From positions 1-58,846 of the forward strand of contig JAYELT010000178.1 in assembly GCA_034717715.1 (NCBI GenBank): a DNA stretch of 58,846 nucleotides. The letters are read 5' to 3'. A program made the position numbers and the translations under genes. The notes under the pieces are model-generated. The model searched no databases, was not told the origin of the DNA, and saw only the letters and a program-made list of their open reading frames with translations. Position 1 is the first letter of the stretch; the number at the start of each line of letters is the position of its first letter. This document shows, piece by piece, positions 37,851 to 46,450 of the stretch. The DNA is from Chloroflexota bacterium (lineage in GTDB: Bacteria; Chloroflexota; Anaerolineae; Anaerolineales; Anaerolineaceae).

Positions 37851-38192
37851 TTATTTTTCTTTCATCAGACCCGCTTGACCAAAAAGTTTTCTCAACGCAT
37901 TCAATAGATACTTGTACTCTACGGCCAAAATTGGTCTTCTCGCGACAATCACGAGATCATAACCCTGAATTATATCCATTTGAAGGCTTTGGAAAGCGGA
38001 ACGCAATCTTCGCTTGGCTAAATTCCGCTTAACGGCGTTACCAACTGACTTGCCAGCAATAACGGCTAACTGGTTGTATTCAAATGGATTTTGTAGACAT
38101 CCTAATACCATAATATCGTGTACAAATGATGAGCCTTGCTGACGTACACGTTTGATATCTTCACTGCGATTTAATCGAGAACTTCGCTTCAA
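37851..38192 (-). CDS. rnpA: Ribonuclease P protein component
   Basis: [18 protein letters not shown] (RNR-like motif), GYDLVIVAR; operon position. Confidence 0.92.
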   Translation of the reverse strand: MKRSSRLNRSEDIKRVRQQGSSFVHDIMVLGCLQNPFEYNQLAVIAGKSVGNAVKRNLAKRRLRSAFQSLQMDIIQGYDLVIVARRPILAVEYKYLLNALRKLFGQAGLMKEK

Positions 38193-38254
38193 TAAATTTC
38201 CTGTTCAGCATGAGTTTGTTAATTTCATTGAATTAAACATACACCAGGTATTTA

Positions 38255-38425
38255 TTACCAACGAGTCTTTTTCACGTGATTATTTGCTTTTTTTGCCAGC
38301 TCATGTCGGCCTTTAAGCCGTCGCCTTTTTAATACCCTACGACCGCCAGAAGTCTTCATACGTGCTCGAAAACCATGCACTCGTACACGGCGGCGGCGTT
38401 TGGGCTGATAGGTTCGCTTTGGCAT
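38255..38425 (-). CDS. rpmH: 50S ribosomal protein L34 (not in ORF track)
   Basis: [56 protein letters not shown], 56 aa. Confidence 0.97.
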   Translation of the reverse strand: MPKRTYQPKRRRRVRVHGFRARMKTSGGRRVLKRRRLKGRHELAKKANNHVKKTRW

Positions 38426-38726
38426 CTCAATGATTCCTTTCTTATTTTTTTACGTTCTCAATACAAGAGCATTAAGAACAGCCAACAATTATACCGTATG
38501 CCCATATCATGGTCAAACAAAGCAAGTATCAAAATATTCATCTACATATCATTCAATTGACAGTTTGATTTTAGACATATATATGCAAATTCTCACTTAA
38601 AAATCCAAGATAGATATGAAATCACTCTCTTCGCATGATGTGCATTTTTTCATTCACAGCAGCTCTTTTATGACCATCAGATGCTGAACAAGATGATGCC
38701 ATGTACCCAAATTTGGATACCCCCAC

Positions 38727-40013
38727 TTATGAAGCAATGATCTGCCCGATCAGTGCATCTCGCTGTGAATGATGTCTTTCTAAACTAACCAGCGAGATTT
38801 GATTCCAATATTCGCCTTCTGCATTTGCATAAACACGAATATATGTATCCGTTAACCCAGAGAGCTGACTGGGGCAATCTTTGGATTGGTGATGGAATTC
38901 CCATAAGACTGGGATTTGCGTGCCAATAAATTTATCACGATAGGCATGCCCTCCCTCTTTGAATATCTCTCGTACAGCAGCATTTCGAGCTTTTGCAATT
39001 TTCATGGGTACCCCTGGTTTCATAAGATATGCAGCAGTCCCTGGGCGCGGAGAGTAAGTAAAAACATGCCCACCTGCAAATCCGATTCTGTGAAGGAAAT
39101 CTTTCGTCTCAGCGAAATCATTTTCTGTCTCACCCGGGAATCCAGTGATGATGTCGGTCGTAATGGCTATCTCCGGCACAGCCTCACGAATAGAGTCAAT
39201 CAGATCGAAAAATAACCCGGTTGTGGTCGGTCGCCCCATCGCCCGCAAAGTAGCATCGGACCCGGATTGGAGTGGGATATGCAAATGCCGGCATAGGCGT
39301 CTCTCCTTCCAAAAATCTAATAATTCAAGGGGAAAATCCCACGGCTCAATCGAAGAAAACCGTAAACGATTAAACCCATCCATCTTTAACACACCCTCCA
39401 ACAAGTTTTCTAATCCTTTCGGCGGCGATAGATCTCGCCCCCAAGCACCCAATTGAACACCTGAAAGGACTATTTCTTTTGCCTTCCCTGCTACTGCAGC
39501 TTGGATATCTCTCTGGATCTCAGGCAGCTTTCGTGAGTGCGATTTTCCTCGTGCCAGTCGGGTTAGGCAATAGGTACAGTAATTATCACACCCTTCTTGC
39601 ACCTTAATAAAAGCCCGTGTGCGTGCGCGGTCTCCAGGCAAAGGTTCCCGCACCAAGTTTAAACTCGAAGCTACCTCAGGATCTAATTCTAAAATATCAG
39701 TAATAAGATGTTCCTTTGAATCATTGGTGCAAACACCTGTAACACCGGATAGGGCACGAGCTTCTTGGGGGTACAATGTTGCCCAACAACCAGTAGCAAT
39801 AACCCTTGGGGCACCCAAGCGACTAGCACGGCGCAATTTCTTCCGCGAGTCAGCTGCTGCCTTTACAGTGACAGCACAGGTGTTAACAATCGCCAGGTCA
39901 GCATGGGATGGGTCACTAACCACTTGATGCCCCAACGCCCTGAAGAGATTAGCAAATCCCTCTACTTCGCTTTGGTTCAATCTACAACCAATGACATCAA
40001 AGAAAATCTTCAT
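38727..40013 (-). CDS. mtaB: tRNA t6A37 methylthiotransferase (radical SAM)
   Basis: GCRLNQSE, VNTCAVT, RAFIKVQEGCDNYCTYC, HLHIPLQSGSD, HVFTYSPRPGT. Confidence 0.9.
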   Translation of the reverse strand: MKIFFDVIGCRLNQSEVEGFANLFRALGHQVVSDPSHADLAIVNTCAVTVKAAADSRKKLRRASRLGAPRVIATGCWATLYPQEARALSGVTGVCTNDSKEHLITDILELDPEVASSLNLVREPLPGDRARTRAFIKVQEGCDNYCTYCLTRLARGKSHSRKLPEIQRDIQAAVAGKAKEIVLSGVQLGAWGRDLSPPKGLENLLEGVLKMDGFNRLRFSSIEPWDFPLELLDFWKERRLCRHLHIPLQSGSDATLRAMGRPTTTGLFFDLIDSIREAVPEIAITTDIITGFPGETENDFAETKDFLHRIGFAGGHVFTYSPRPGTAAYLMKPGVPMKIAKARNAAVREIFKEGGHAYRDKFIGTQIPVLWEFHHQSKDCPSQLSGLTDTYIRVYANAEGEYWNQISLVSLERHHSQRDALIGQIIAS

Positions 40014-40016
40014 ATG

Positions 40017-40679
40017 CTAAGGATTTAGGACGATAAAATTATCAAACAAAACATTCACCCCTGGTTCCGAAAAGCTTCCGGCAATCAAACCAACATCACC
40101 AAAGCTCAGAGAGTCATCCTGCACTTGCAGTAGCCTGGTGTCATTCACGACCAATGCCAGGGTCTCACCCTGGCAAAGGGCATGAATTTCATTGTCAGTG
40201 TTCCCTTGATTAATGACCTCACTAAAGTCTAAGTGCTTCTGATCGATCAATGTTTGATGTCCTTCAATGACCTTCAATATTCCATAATAACCATCGGAAC
40301 TGATGATCAATGCATAGAAGTTTATGGGGTCCTGATATCGACACAATAAACCAATTAAATTATTATTCGGACCGCCGATTTTACTGGCTCGCGCATAGAC
40401 ATGCGCATTTTTGAAGTTCAACCCTGGCACACTCCAAAATTGAAAATTTGGGATCTCTGATCGAAATTGAAAGCCGCCCAGAGCGTATCCTGAAAAACTG
40501 CGCGAATCCTCACTTGTTACCCATCCACCCTTTTCGCTTGAAAAATCATCTTTGAACAAGATGGGATCATCCCCTCCCCACGGTAAATTATCAGCCGAAA
40601 ATAATTCCGAATAGCATGCAGAAAGCAGAAGTAGGAGGGGGAACAACATTACTAATTGATATTTATTTTTGAGTTTCAT
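40017..40679 (-). CDS. Hypothetical lipoprotein with beta-sandwich (DUF1080/lectin-like) domain
   Basis: Lipobox LLSAC; LFKDDFS...GW and GDVGLIAG...VLFDNF; start reassigned to MKLKNK. Confidence 0.6.
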   Translation of the reverse strand: MKLKNKYQLVMLFPLLLLLSACYSELFSADNLPWGGDDPILFKDDFSSEKGGWVTSEDSRSFSGYALGGFQFRSEIPNFQFWSVPGLNFKNAHVYARASKIGGPNNNLIGLLCRYQDPINFYALIISSDGYYGILKVIEGHQTLIDQKHLDFSEVINQGNTDNEIHALCQGETLALVVNDTRLLQVQDDSLSFGDVGLIAGSFSEPGVNVLFDNFIVLNP

Positions 40680-40845
40680 CAACATCTCTAACTGGTAGTT
40701 TTTTCCTTCAGAGGTCAATTATATCCATCCACACTTAGATTGGGAATAGAGACAAATACGATATGTCTATTCACATAATTTCTACTTTCGAATTATATCT
40801 CACACCATGCTCCAAAATAGAAACATTCAAGTTAACAACGACTAA

Positions 40846-40873
40846 AAAACAAAAAAACCCAAATTTGGGTTTT
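40846..40873 (-). terminator. Hairpin with long T-tail downstream of the 6S RNA candidate
   Basis: AAAACCCAAATTTGGGTTTT palindrome next to an A-run on the plus strand. Confidence 0.5.
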
Positions 40874-40911
40874 CATCTAGACCGGTCGTATTGTTAATGA
40901 TTTTGGTTAAT

Positions 40912-41082
40912 AACAACCCCGCCATGCCGTGTGCCGCTGAGTTTTGAACCTGCTATCGCAGGTTTGTCGTTCCCATCAGATCCGCCTTGACATCAGTCTA
41001 TCGCGTCACTGAATGGAGATCAGACGTTAGTAAAGGGTGTTGGCCCAAAACTGGTATGCTGCATCACGAACACAGCAGGGTA
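40912..41082 (-). ncRNA. ssrS: 6S RNA
   Basis: ~170-nt GC-richer intergenic element with complementary ends (CCCTGCTGTGTTCGTG / CACGGCATGGCGGGG) and CCTGCGATAGCAGGTTCAA...CAGCGGCAC near the 3' side; preceded by TTGCAA..TGGTATAAG promoter. Confidence 0.75.
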
Positions 41083-41237
41083 TTTAACTTATACCATAAT
41101 TCTATTTCGTTGCAAAGGAAATTAATGTTAAATCTGGCTGGTCTGGATTTGAATTGAATAGCTTAAATGCTCCCTCCTACAGCAAGTAGATAGCCGGTTA
41201 TAATCATTCTTGTCATCATCACATATTGAGGTGAAAA

Positions 41238-41813
41238 TTGAGAACATTCATTGCTGTGGATTTCCCACCAAATATAATTGAAAAGATAGACGGAATCATT
41301 TCCTATTTCAAAACACAACTTCCTGAAAGAGCTTTAAAATGGGTTGCTGCTGAACAGTTACATTTAACAATAAAATTCATTGGCGAATTGCCTGATCATA
41401 AGTTATCCGAGATAAAATCCATCCTAACTGAAGCGATGGGAAATCATCCTGTCTTTAAGATGGGTATTAAAGGTTTAGGGATGTATCCGCACGTTCAAAA
41501 ACCCCGTGTTGTTTGGTTGGGAATTACCGGAAAGCAACCATTGATTGAGTTACACAAAATCCTTGATCAAGCTCTGGCAAAGGTCGGTATCAAATCTGAA
41601 CGGGACAATTTCAGCCCACACCTCACCATTGCGCGTGTTCGCAGGCAAACGAACCAGGAGACGGTTGAGGAAATTGGAAAGACGCTTTCCCAATTCAAGG
41701 TTGATTCACTTGGAACGATTGAAGTGCAGCAAATACGCTTATATCAAAGTAAATTAACCCCTCAGGGACCAATTTACACGTCTTTGCTGAAGATACAACT
41801 GAATAAAGTATAA
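41238..41813 (+). CDS. thpR: RNA 2',3'-cyclic phosphodiesterase (2H phosphoesterase)
   Basis: MRTFIAV, LHLTIKFIG and FSPHLTIAR (two HxT motifs), SKLTPQGPIY. Confidence 0.93.
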   Translation: MRTFIAVDFPPNIIEKIDGIISYFKTQLPERALKWVAAEQLHLTIKFIGELPDHKLSEIKSILTEAMGNHPVFKMGIKGLGMYPHVQKPRVVWLGITGKQPLIELHKILDQALAKVGIKSERDNFSPHLTIARVRRQTNQETVEEIGKTLSQFKVDSLGTIEVQQIRLYQSKLTPQGPIYTSLLKIQLNKV

Positions 41814-41852
41814 TCTTCATATTAGATCAGCTATAGGATAGTGAGGTGAAAT

Positions 41853-42197
41853 CTGGAAGCAATTGAATTAGCAAGAAACATTGCCAACTTTCTTGAGAGT
41901 AAAAAAGGGGAAGATATCATTATTTTAGATATCAAGGACATCGCATCATTCACTGATTATTTTGTTATCGCAAACGGCACAAGCCAAAGAATGCTGCAGT
42001 CCATATCCAGTTTATTAGGTCGGGAAATTAAGAAACAATTTCACAAGACGACAATACCGCAAGGGAATCCAAATTCAGGATGGATCGTACACGATTACGG
42101 AGATGTAGTGGTGCATTTATTTTCTCTCCAACAAAGGGACTACTACCGCCTTGAAGACCTTTGGTCAGAGGGTAGTGTTATCTTGCGGTTGCTTTGA
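41853..42197 (+). CDS. rsfS: Ribosome silencing factor (Iojap)
   Basis: LEAIELARNIANFLESKKGEDIIILDI...TDYFVIANG...GWIVHDYGDVVVHLF..RDYYRLEDLW; apparent CTG start after GAGGTG. Confidence 0.9.
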   Translation: MEAIELARNIANFLESKKGEDIIILDIKDIASFTDYFVIANGTSQRMLQSISSLLGREIKKQFHKTTIPQGNPNSGWIVHDYGDVVVHLFSLQQRDYYRLEDLWSEGSVILRLL

Positions 42198-42398
42198 ATT
42201 GATCAAAGAAGCACTAAGAAAATATATCTTTATTCAACATCAAATCAAATTTTGAACAAGAATTATGCTTGAGGGGAAATATAAACCACTTCAAGTTAAA
42301 GAAAACAGCTGCCCTCAAACAAGGGTAGCTTCTCATTCTGAATACTTTTATAAAAAAGGCTTATTGATCATTAAGTCGCAAATTTCTTTTTAGTTTAT

Positions 42399-42860
42399 CT
42401 ATGCTTCAAAAGCCTGTATTACCTCTTGACTGTGATTCGCAGGTTTCACATTTTTAAACACAAATTTGATGTCCCCTTCTGGTCCTATGATGTATGTTGT
42501 GCGAAAGACTCCCATATATTCACGCCCGAAAGATTTTTTTAATCCCCAAACACCATAAGCTTCACAGACTTTATGCTCCGGATCTGATAATAGGATAAAA
42601 GGAAGATTGTATTTTTCGCTGAATTTCTTATGAGATTTCACATTATCTGGACTGATTCCAAAGATTTCGATACCAGCATCTTTAAATGCTTTGTAATTAT
42701 CCCTGAAGGAACAGGCTTCCTTTGTACATCCTGGTGTATCATCCTTAGGATAAAAATAGATGACCACCGTCTGACCAACAAAATCTGTCAACTTGTGAAG
42801 GTTGCCTTTACCATCTAGCAGTTCAAATGTTGGCGCTTCCGTTCCTGCTGTTAATACCAT
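42399..42860 (-). CDS. bcp: Thioredoxin-dependent peroxiredoxin BCP
   Basis: YFYPKDDTPGCTKEACSFRD; start MVLTAG behind AGGAGG. Confidence 0.95.
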   Translation of the reverse strand: MVLTAGTEAPTFELLDGKGNLHKLTDFVGQTVVIYFYPKDDTPGCTKEACSFRDNYKAFKDAGIEIFGISPDNVKSHKKFSEKYNLPFILLSDPEHKVCEAYGVWGLKKSFGREYMGVFRTTYIIGPEGDIKFVFKNVKPANHSQEVIQAFEA

Positions 42861-42931
42861 TTTTGCCTCCTGTGATACTAATTTCATTTTATTTTATTAT
42901 ATTTTTTCAATGAGCATATGCAACTCGTTGT

Positions 42932-43840
42932 CTAACGTATCCAAAATGCAAAACCGATCAAGTAAATCGGGAAGAAAAAGACCAACACAGTAGCAATATG
43001 CATCACACGCCAAAGCGGTTTTCTTCCCTGTCTGGTTCGCTCCATGAGCCACATCTCCACAAGGCCAATCGGTAAAGTCAGAAATACCGGCCAAATCAAA
43101 AACCACGGAAAACCAAGCAGCGCGATCAAGGCAAAAAGTAAATAGGTCAATAAAATCGAAGCGTTATGGAACACCATTGATTTCTCCCAACCTACTTGAA
43201 CAACAATCGTTTTGTTTCCTTTCTTCTGATCAAGTCCAAAATATCTTATTTGGACAAGTAAGCGATATGCCACATAAGCTGGGATCAGACAGATCATGGT
43301 CATGGTTAAGAACGGATGCAGATCTGACGATTGCAGAAAGAAAGCCAATGCAGGTGGCAGCATCAAATAAATGATTGTTTCCAGAAATAATTGTAAAGAT
43401 TGGATTGATTCCACAACCTGGGATAGAAAGTAGCCAATACATGAAACAATAACAGCAACCAGTAGAAAGGTTAATCCTTGCCATAAGATTCCTCTCATCA
43501 TCCAACCCACAACAAGCGTTGTAGCGACTGTCAGAAAAGTGGCTGTGATGAACAGGATTATCCATCGTATTTGTCTTATGTGCCTTTCCTTCACCCCATC
43601 AAGCCAATGATTATGATCTTTCAGGCGTTCACTCAACATGACGAGTTCCGTACTGATTACAACCAGCAACATGAATACAAGACCCTCGATTAACATGGGC
43701 AAGCTCCGCATTCCCCGCACATACTGAACCAGCCCGGCACCCATTAAATAGGTCAATGTAAGGCTGACCAGCTGGAAAGGCTTGAGGGCTTGTATAATGG
43801 TCTTAGCAATCATCAATTCTCCATACATTCGTGAGTTCAA
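42932..43840 (-). CDS. Divergent UbiA/MenA-like polytopic membrane protein
   Basis: ~9 TM helices; D..KGNKTIVVQVG resembles the MenA D...GK.TL.VRLG motif; Asp-rich motifs eroded. Confidence 0.55.
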   Translation of the reverse strand: MNSRMYGELMIAKTIIQALKPFQLVSLTLTYLMGAGLVQYVRGMRSLPMLIEGLVFMLLVVISTELVMLSERLKDHNHWLDGVKERHIRQIRWIILFITATFLTVATTLVVGWMMRGILWQGLTFLLVAVIVSCIGYFLSQVVESIQSLQLFLETIIYLMLPPALAFFLQSSDLHPFLTMTMICLIPAYVAYRLLVQIRYFGLDQKKGNKTIVVQVGWEKSMVFHNASILLTYLLFALIALLGFPWFLIWPVFLTLPIGLVEMWLMERTRQGRKPLWRVMHIATVLVFFFPIYLIGFAFWIR

Positions 43841-44171
43841 AAATAAATTTTATAATGACCTGATCTTTTATGATATTCTATAATTCATTTTTTCTTTATG
43901 AACGATTATGCCATACAGATTAATAGTATATGCCTTTTAAAGAAATTAGTCACTCGAAGAGATGCAATTATTTTACACAATGGGCTCGAATTTTCCTGTC
44001 AGGCCAACAAAATCTGACCGTGTTTCCAAGTCATGCGACCTAACCTATGGTAAAATGAAACCCGTTGTTTACAATATCAATGTTATGGTTCTTTAGGCAA
44101 AAACGCCCGATGAATTGTTCCAAATTTAGTGTTTTTACCTACAGACCATCATTTTTCAATAAGAGGAGAAA

Positions 44172-44435
44172 ATGAAAGAACTAAAGGTCACAATCACCCA
44201 CCAGGTCGGTTTGCACGCTCGACCAGCTGCGCTATTTGTCAAGACAGCATCCAAGTATTCATCCAATGTAACCCTTTCTTATAACGGAAAAACAAAAAAC
44301 GCTAGAAGTATGCTGGGGGTTTTAAGTATGGGTGTTGGTGCGAATGCGGAAATCACGATCCAAGCGAAAGGCGAAGACGAAGAAGAAGTGATTATAGCCT
44401 TAGATGAATTGATTAAAGACAATTTTGGTGAGTGA
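44172..44435 (+). CDS. ptsH: Phosphocarrier protein HPr
   Basis: GLHARPAA (His15), NARSMLGVLSMG (Ser46). Confidence 0.96.
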   Translation: MKELKVTITHQVGLHARPAALFVKTASKYSSNVTLSYNGKTKNARSMLGVLSMGVGANAEITIQAKGEDEEEVIIALDELIKDNFGE

Positions 44436-44509
44436 AGTTTACTTATTTCATCCAGATCACATATCGAAAAACTGATTATCTCACTAGTTAACCTTTTTGG
44501 AGAATTCGA

Positions 44510-46222
44510 ATGCAAACAGTGACAGGTATTCCTGCATCAAAAGGGATCGCCATTGGACCAGGTTTCCTATATCAAACGACTCAAGCCATACCTGATCGAA
44601 GAACGGTCGCTGATGTGAAAGCTGAATTAGAACATTTTCGTTTGAGTTGTGCAAAGGCTGATAAAGAACTAGAGAAACTATATAGTAAAGCTGTTGAAAG
44701 CGTAGGTGAAGAAGCAGCTGAAATATTCGAAGCTCATCGCATGATGCTCCAGGATCCAGAGCTGGTTCAATACGTCGAAGACGCCATCCTCAACGAGGAA
44801 CTGGCAGCAGATTTTGCAATGTACGAAGCCGGGGAAATGAATGCAAAAATGATGGAAGCCCTCGAAGATGAGTATTTTAAGGCACGCGCAGCGGATATTC
44901 GAGATGTTGCGAGGCGAGTTCTGCGAATATTACATGGGAAAGAAGATCAGGAAGTCAATCTGAAGCAGCCATCCATCATTCTAGCAGACGATTTAGCGCC
45001 ATCAGACACCATGCAGTTTGAGCGAACCTTGATCCTTGGTTTTTTCACCGCACGTGGCGGAACAACTTCACATACGGCGATTTTATCAAAAGCCATGGGA
45101 ATTCCCGCGGTTGTCGGGGGAGGTAAAATCCCCAGTAACCTTAAGCCAGGTTCCGTCTTGATCATTGATGGCGATAATGGCAAATTGATCATTGACCCAG
45201 ATCAGAGAACTCTTACCAATTATCATGAAAAACAAGAAGAACAATTAGCTCAGTATCACCAGGAAATGCAATCCGCTCATGATCCAGCCACAACCAAAGA
45301 TGGTCATGAAGTTGAAGTGGTCGCAAATATTGGAAACCGTTTAGACGCAGAGGATGCTGTCGCTAAAGGTGCGGAAGGGGTTGGATTATTACGCACAGAA
45401 TTTTCCTTTATCGAAGAAAATGTTATCCCCGATGAAGAAGATTTGGTAAAAACGTATCAAGAAATGTTTTCTCCCTTTGGAGATGATCCGGTTATTGTTC
45501 GAACGCTTGATATCGGCGGTGATAAAGATATGCCGCATCTCAAGTTACCGGTTGAAAGCAATCCTTTCCTGGGCTGCCGGGGTATCCGTTTATGCTTTGA
45601 TAAACTCGATTTATTCAAATTACAGTTGCGCGCCATCCTCAGGGCAGGTGAAAGCACAAATTTATGCATCATGTTCCCCATGGTGGCCACAGTGGATGAG
45701 GTTATGCAATCAAAAACCGTCTTAAAGGAAGTTATGGAAACTTTGAAAAGTGAAGACTTCCCTTTCAACCATAATCCCCAGGTGGGAATCATGATTGAAG
45801 TTCCCTCCGCTGCTGTCTGTGCTGACCAACTGGCAAAGGTAGTGAATTTCTTCTCGATTGGAACGAACGACCTCACACAATATACAATGGCAGCCGATCG
45901 AACGAATGCTGCTGTCGCATACCTCATATCCGCTATGCAGCCAGCTGTGATAAGGCTGGTTGCCAAAGTTATTGAAGATGGCCATGCTGCAGGTATTTGG
46001 GTTGGAATGTGCGGTGAAATGGCTGGTGATGTGACAGCGATCCCGATATTATTAGGTCTGGGTTTAGATGAATTCAGCATGACCTCCCCATTAATTCCCG
46101 CAGCAAAGGAAATTATTCGTAAATGGGATACAAGGCAGGCGAAACTTCTGGCAGAACAAGCCATGTCTTGTCAAAGCCCGCAGGAAGTCAAAGAATTAGT
46201 CGAGAACTGGCAGATTGAATAA
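44510..46222 (+). CDS. ptsI: PEP-protein phosphotransferase, PTS enzyme I
   Basis: GIPASKGIAIG, GGTTSHTAI, GVGLLRTEF, RTLDIGGDK, FSIGTNDLTQY, GMCGEMAGD. Confidence 0.97.
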   Translation: MQTVTGIPASKGIAIGPGFLYQTTQAIPDRRTVADVKAELEHFRLSCAKADKELEKLYSKAVESVGEEAAEIFEAHRMMLQDPELVQYVEDAILNEELAADFAMYEAGEMNAKMMEALEDEYFKARAADIRDVARRVLRILHGKEDQEVNLKQPSIILADDLAPSDTMQFERTLILGFFTARGGTTSHTAILSKAMGIPAVVGGGKIPSNLKPGSVLIIDGDNGKLIIDPDQRTLTNYHEKQEEQLAQYHQEMQSAHDPATTKDGHEVEVVANIGNRLDAEDAVAKGAEGVGLLRTEFSFIEENVIPDEEDLVKTYQEMFSPFGDDPVIVRTLDIGGDKDMPHLKLPVESNPFLGCRGIRLCFDKLDLFKLQLRAILRAGESTNLCIMFPMVATVDEVMQSKTVLKEVMETLKSEDFPFNHNPQVGIMIEVPSAAVCADQLAKVVNFFSIGTNDLTQYTMAADRTNAAVAYLISAMQPAVIRLVAKVIEDGHAAGIWVGMCGEMAGDVTAIPILLGLGLDEFSMTSPLIPAAKEIIRKWDTRQAKLLAEQAMSCQSPQEVKELVENWQIE

Positions 46223-46268
46223 AACGATTAACTGGCATATGACGAATTCACAATTAAATAATCTGATG

Positions 46269-46296
46269 AACCTCATTGTTAGAAACGAGGTTTTTT
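46269..46296 (+). terminator. Intrinsic terminator after ptsI
   Basis: AACCTC...GAGGTT followed by TTTT. Confidence 0.55.
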
Positions 46297-46450
46297 AATC
46301 ATTGATGAATTTCATCAACACAGGCACAAAACAAGAAAGAAAAGGGATCCAGGATTGCGCTATCATTTCCTAAAAAAATGTTCGATAGCACGGATAGAGC
46401 TGGCATATGCCAGATGGTATAATGAAGTAAATTTCAACTAAATTAGAATC

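Noticed and set aside
38426-38726. oriC upstream of rpmH
   Set aside because: No dnaA and no cluster of TTATCCACA boxes visible; only a weak single match
45457-46164. Long antisense ORFs (235 aa opposite ptsI; also 52922-53557 opposite gyrB)
   Set aside because: Shadow frames of conserved genes with no independent coding signal
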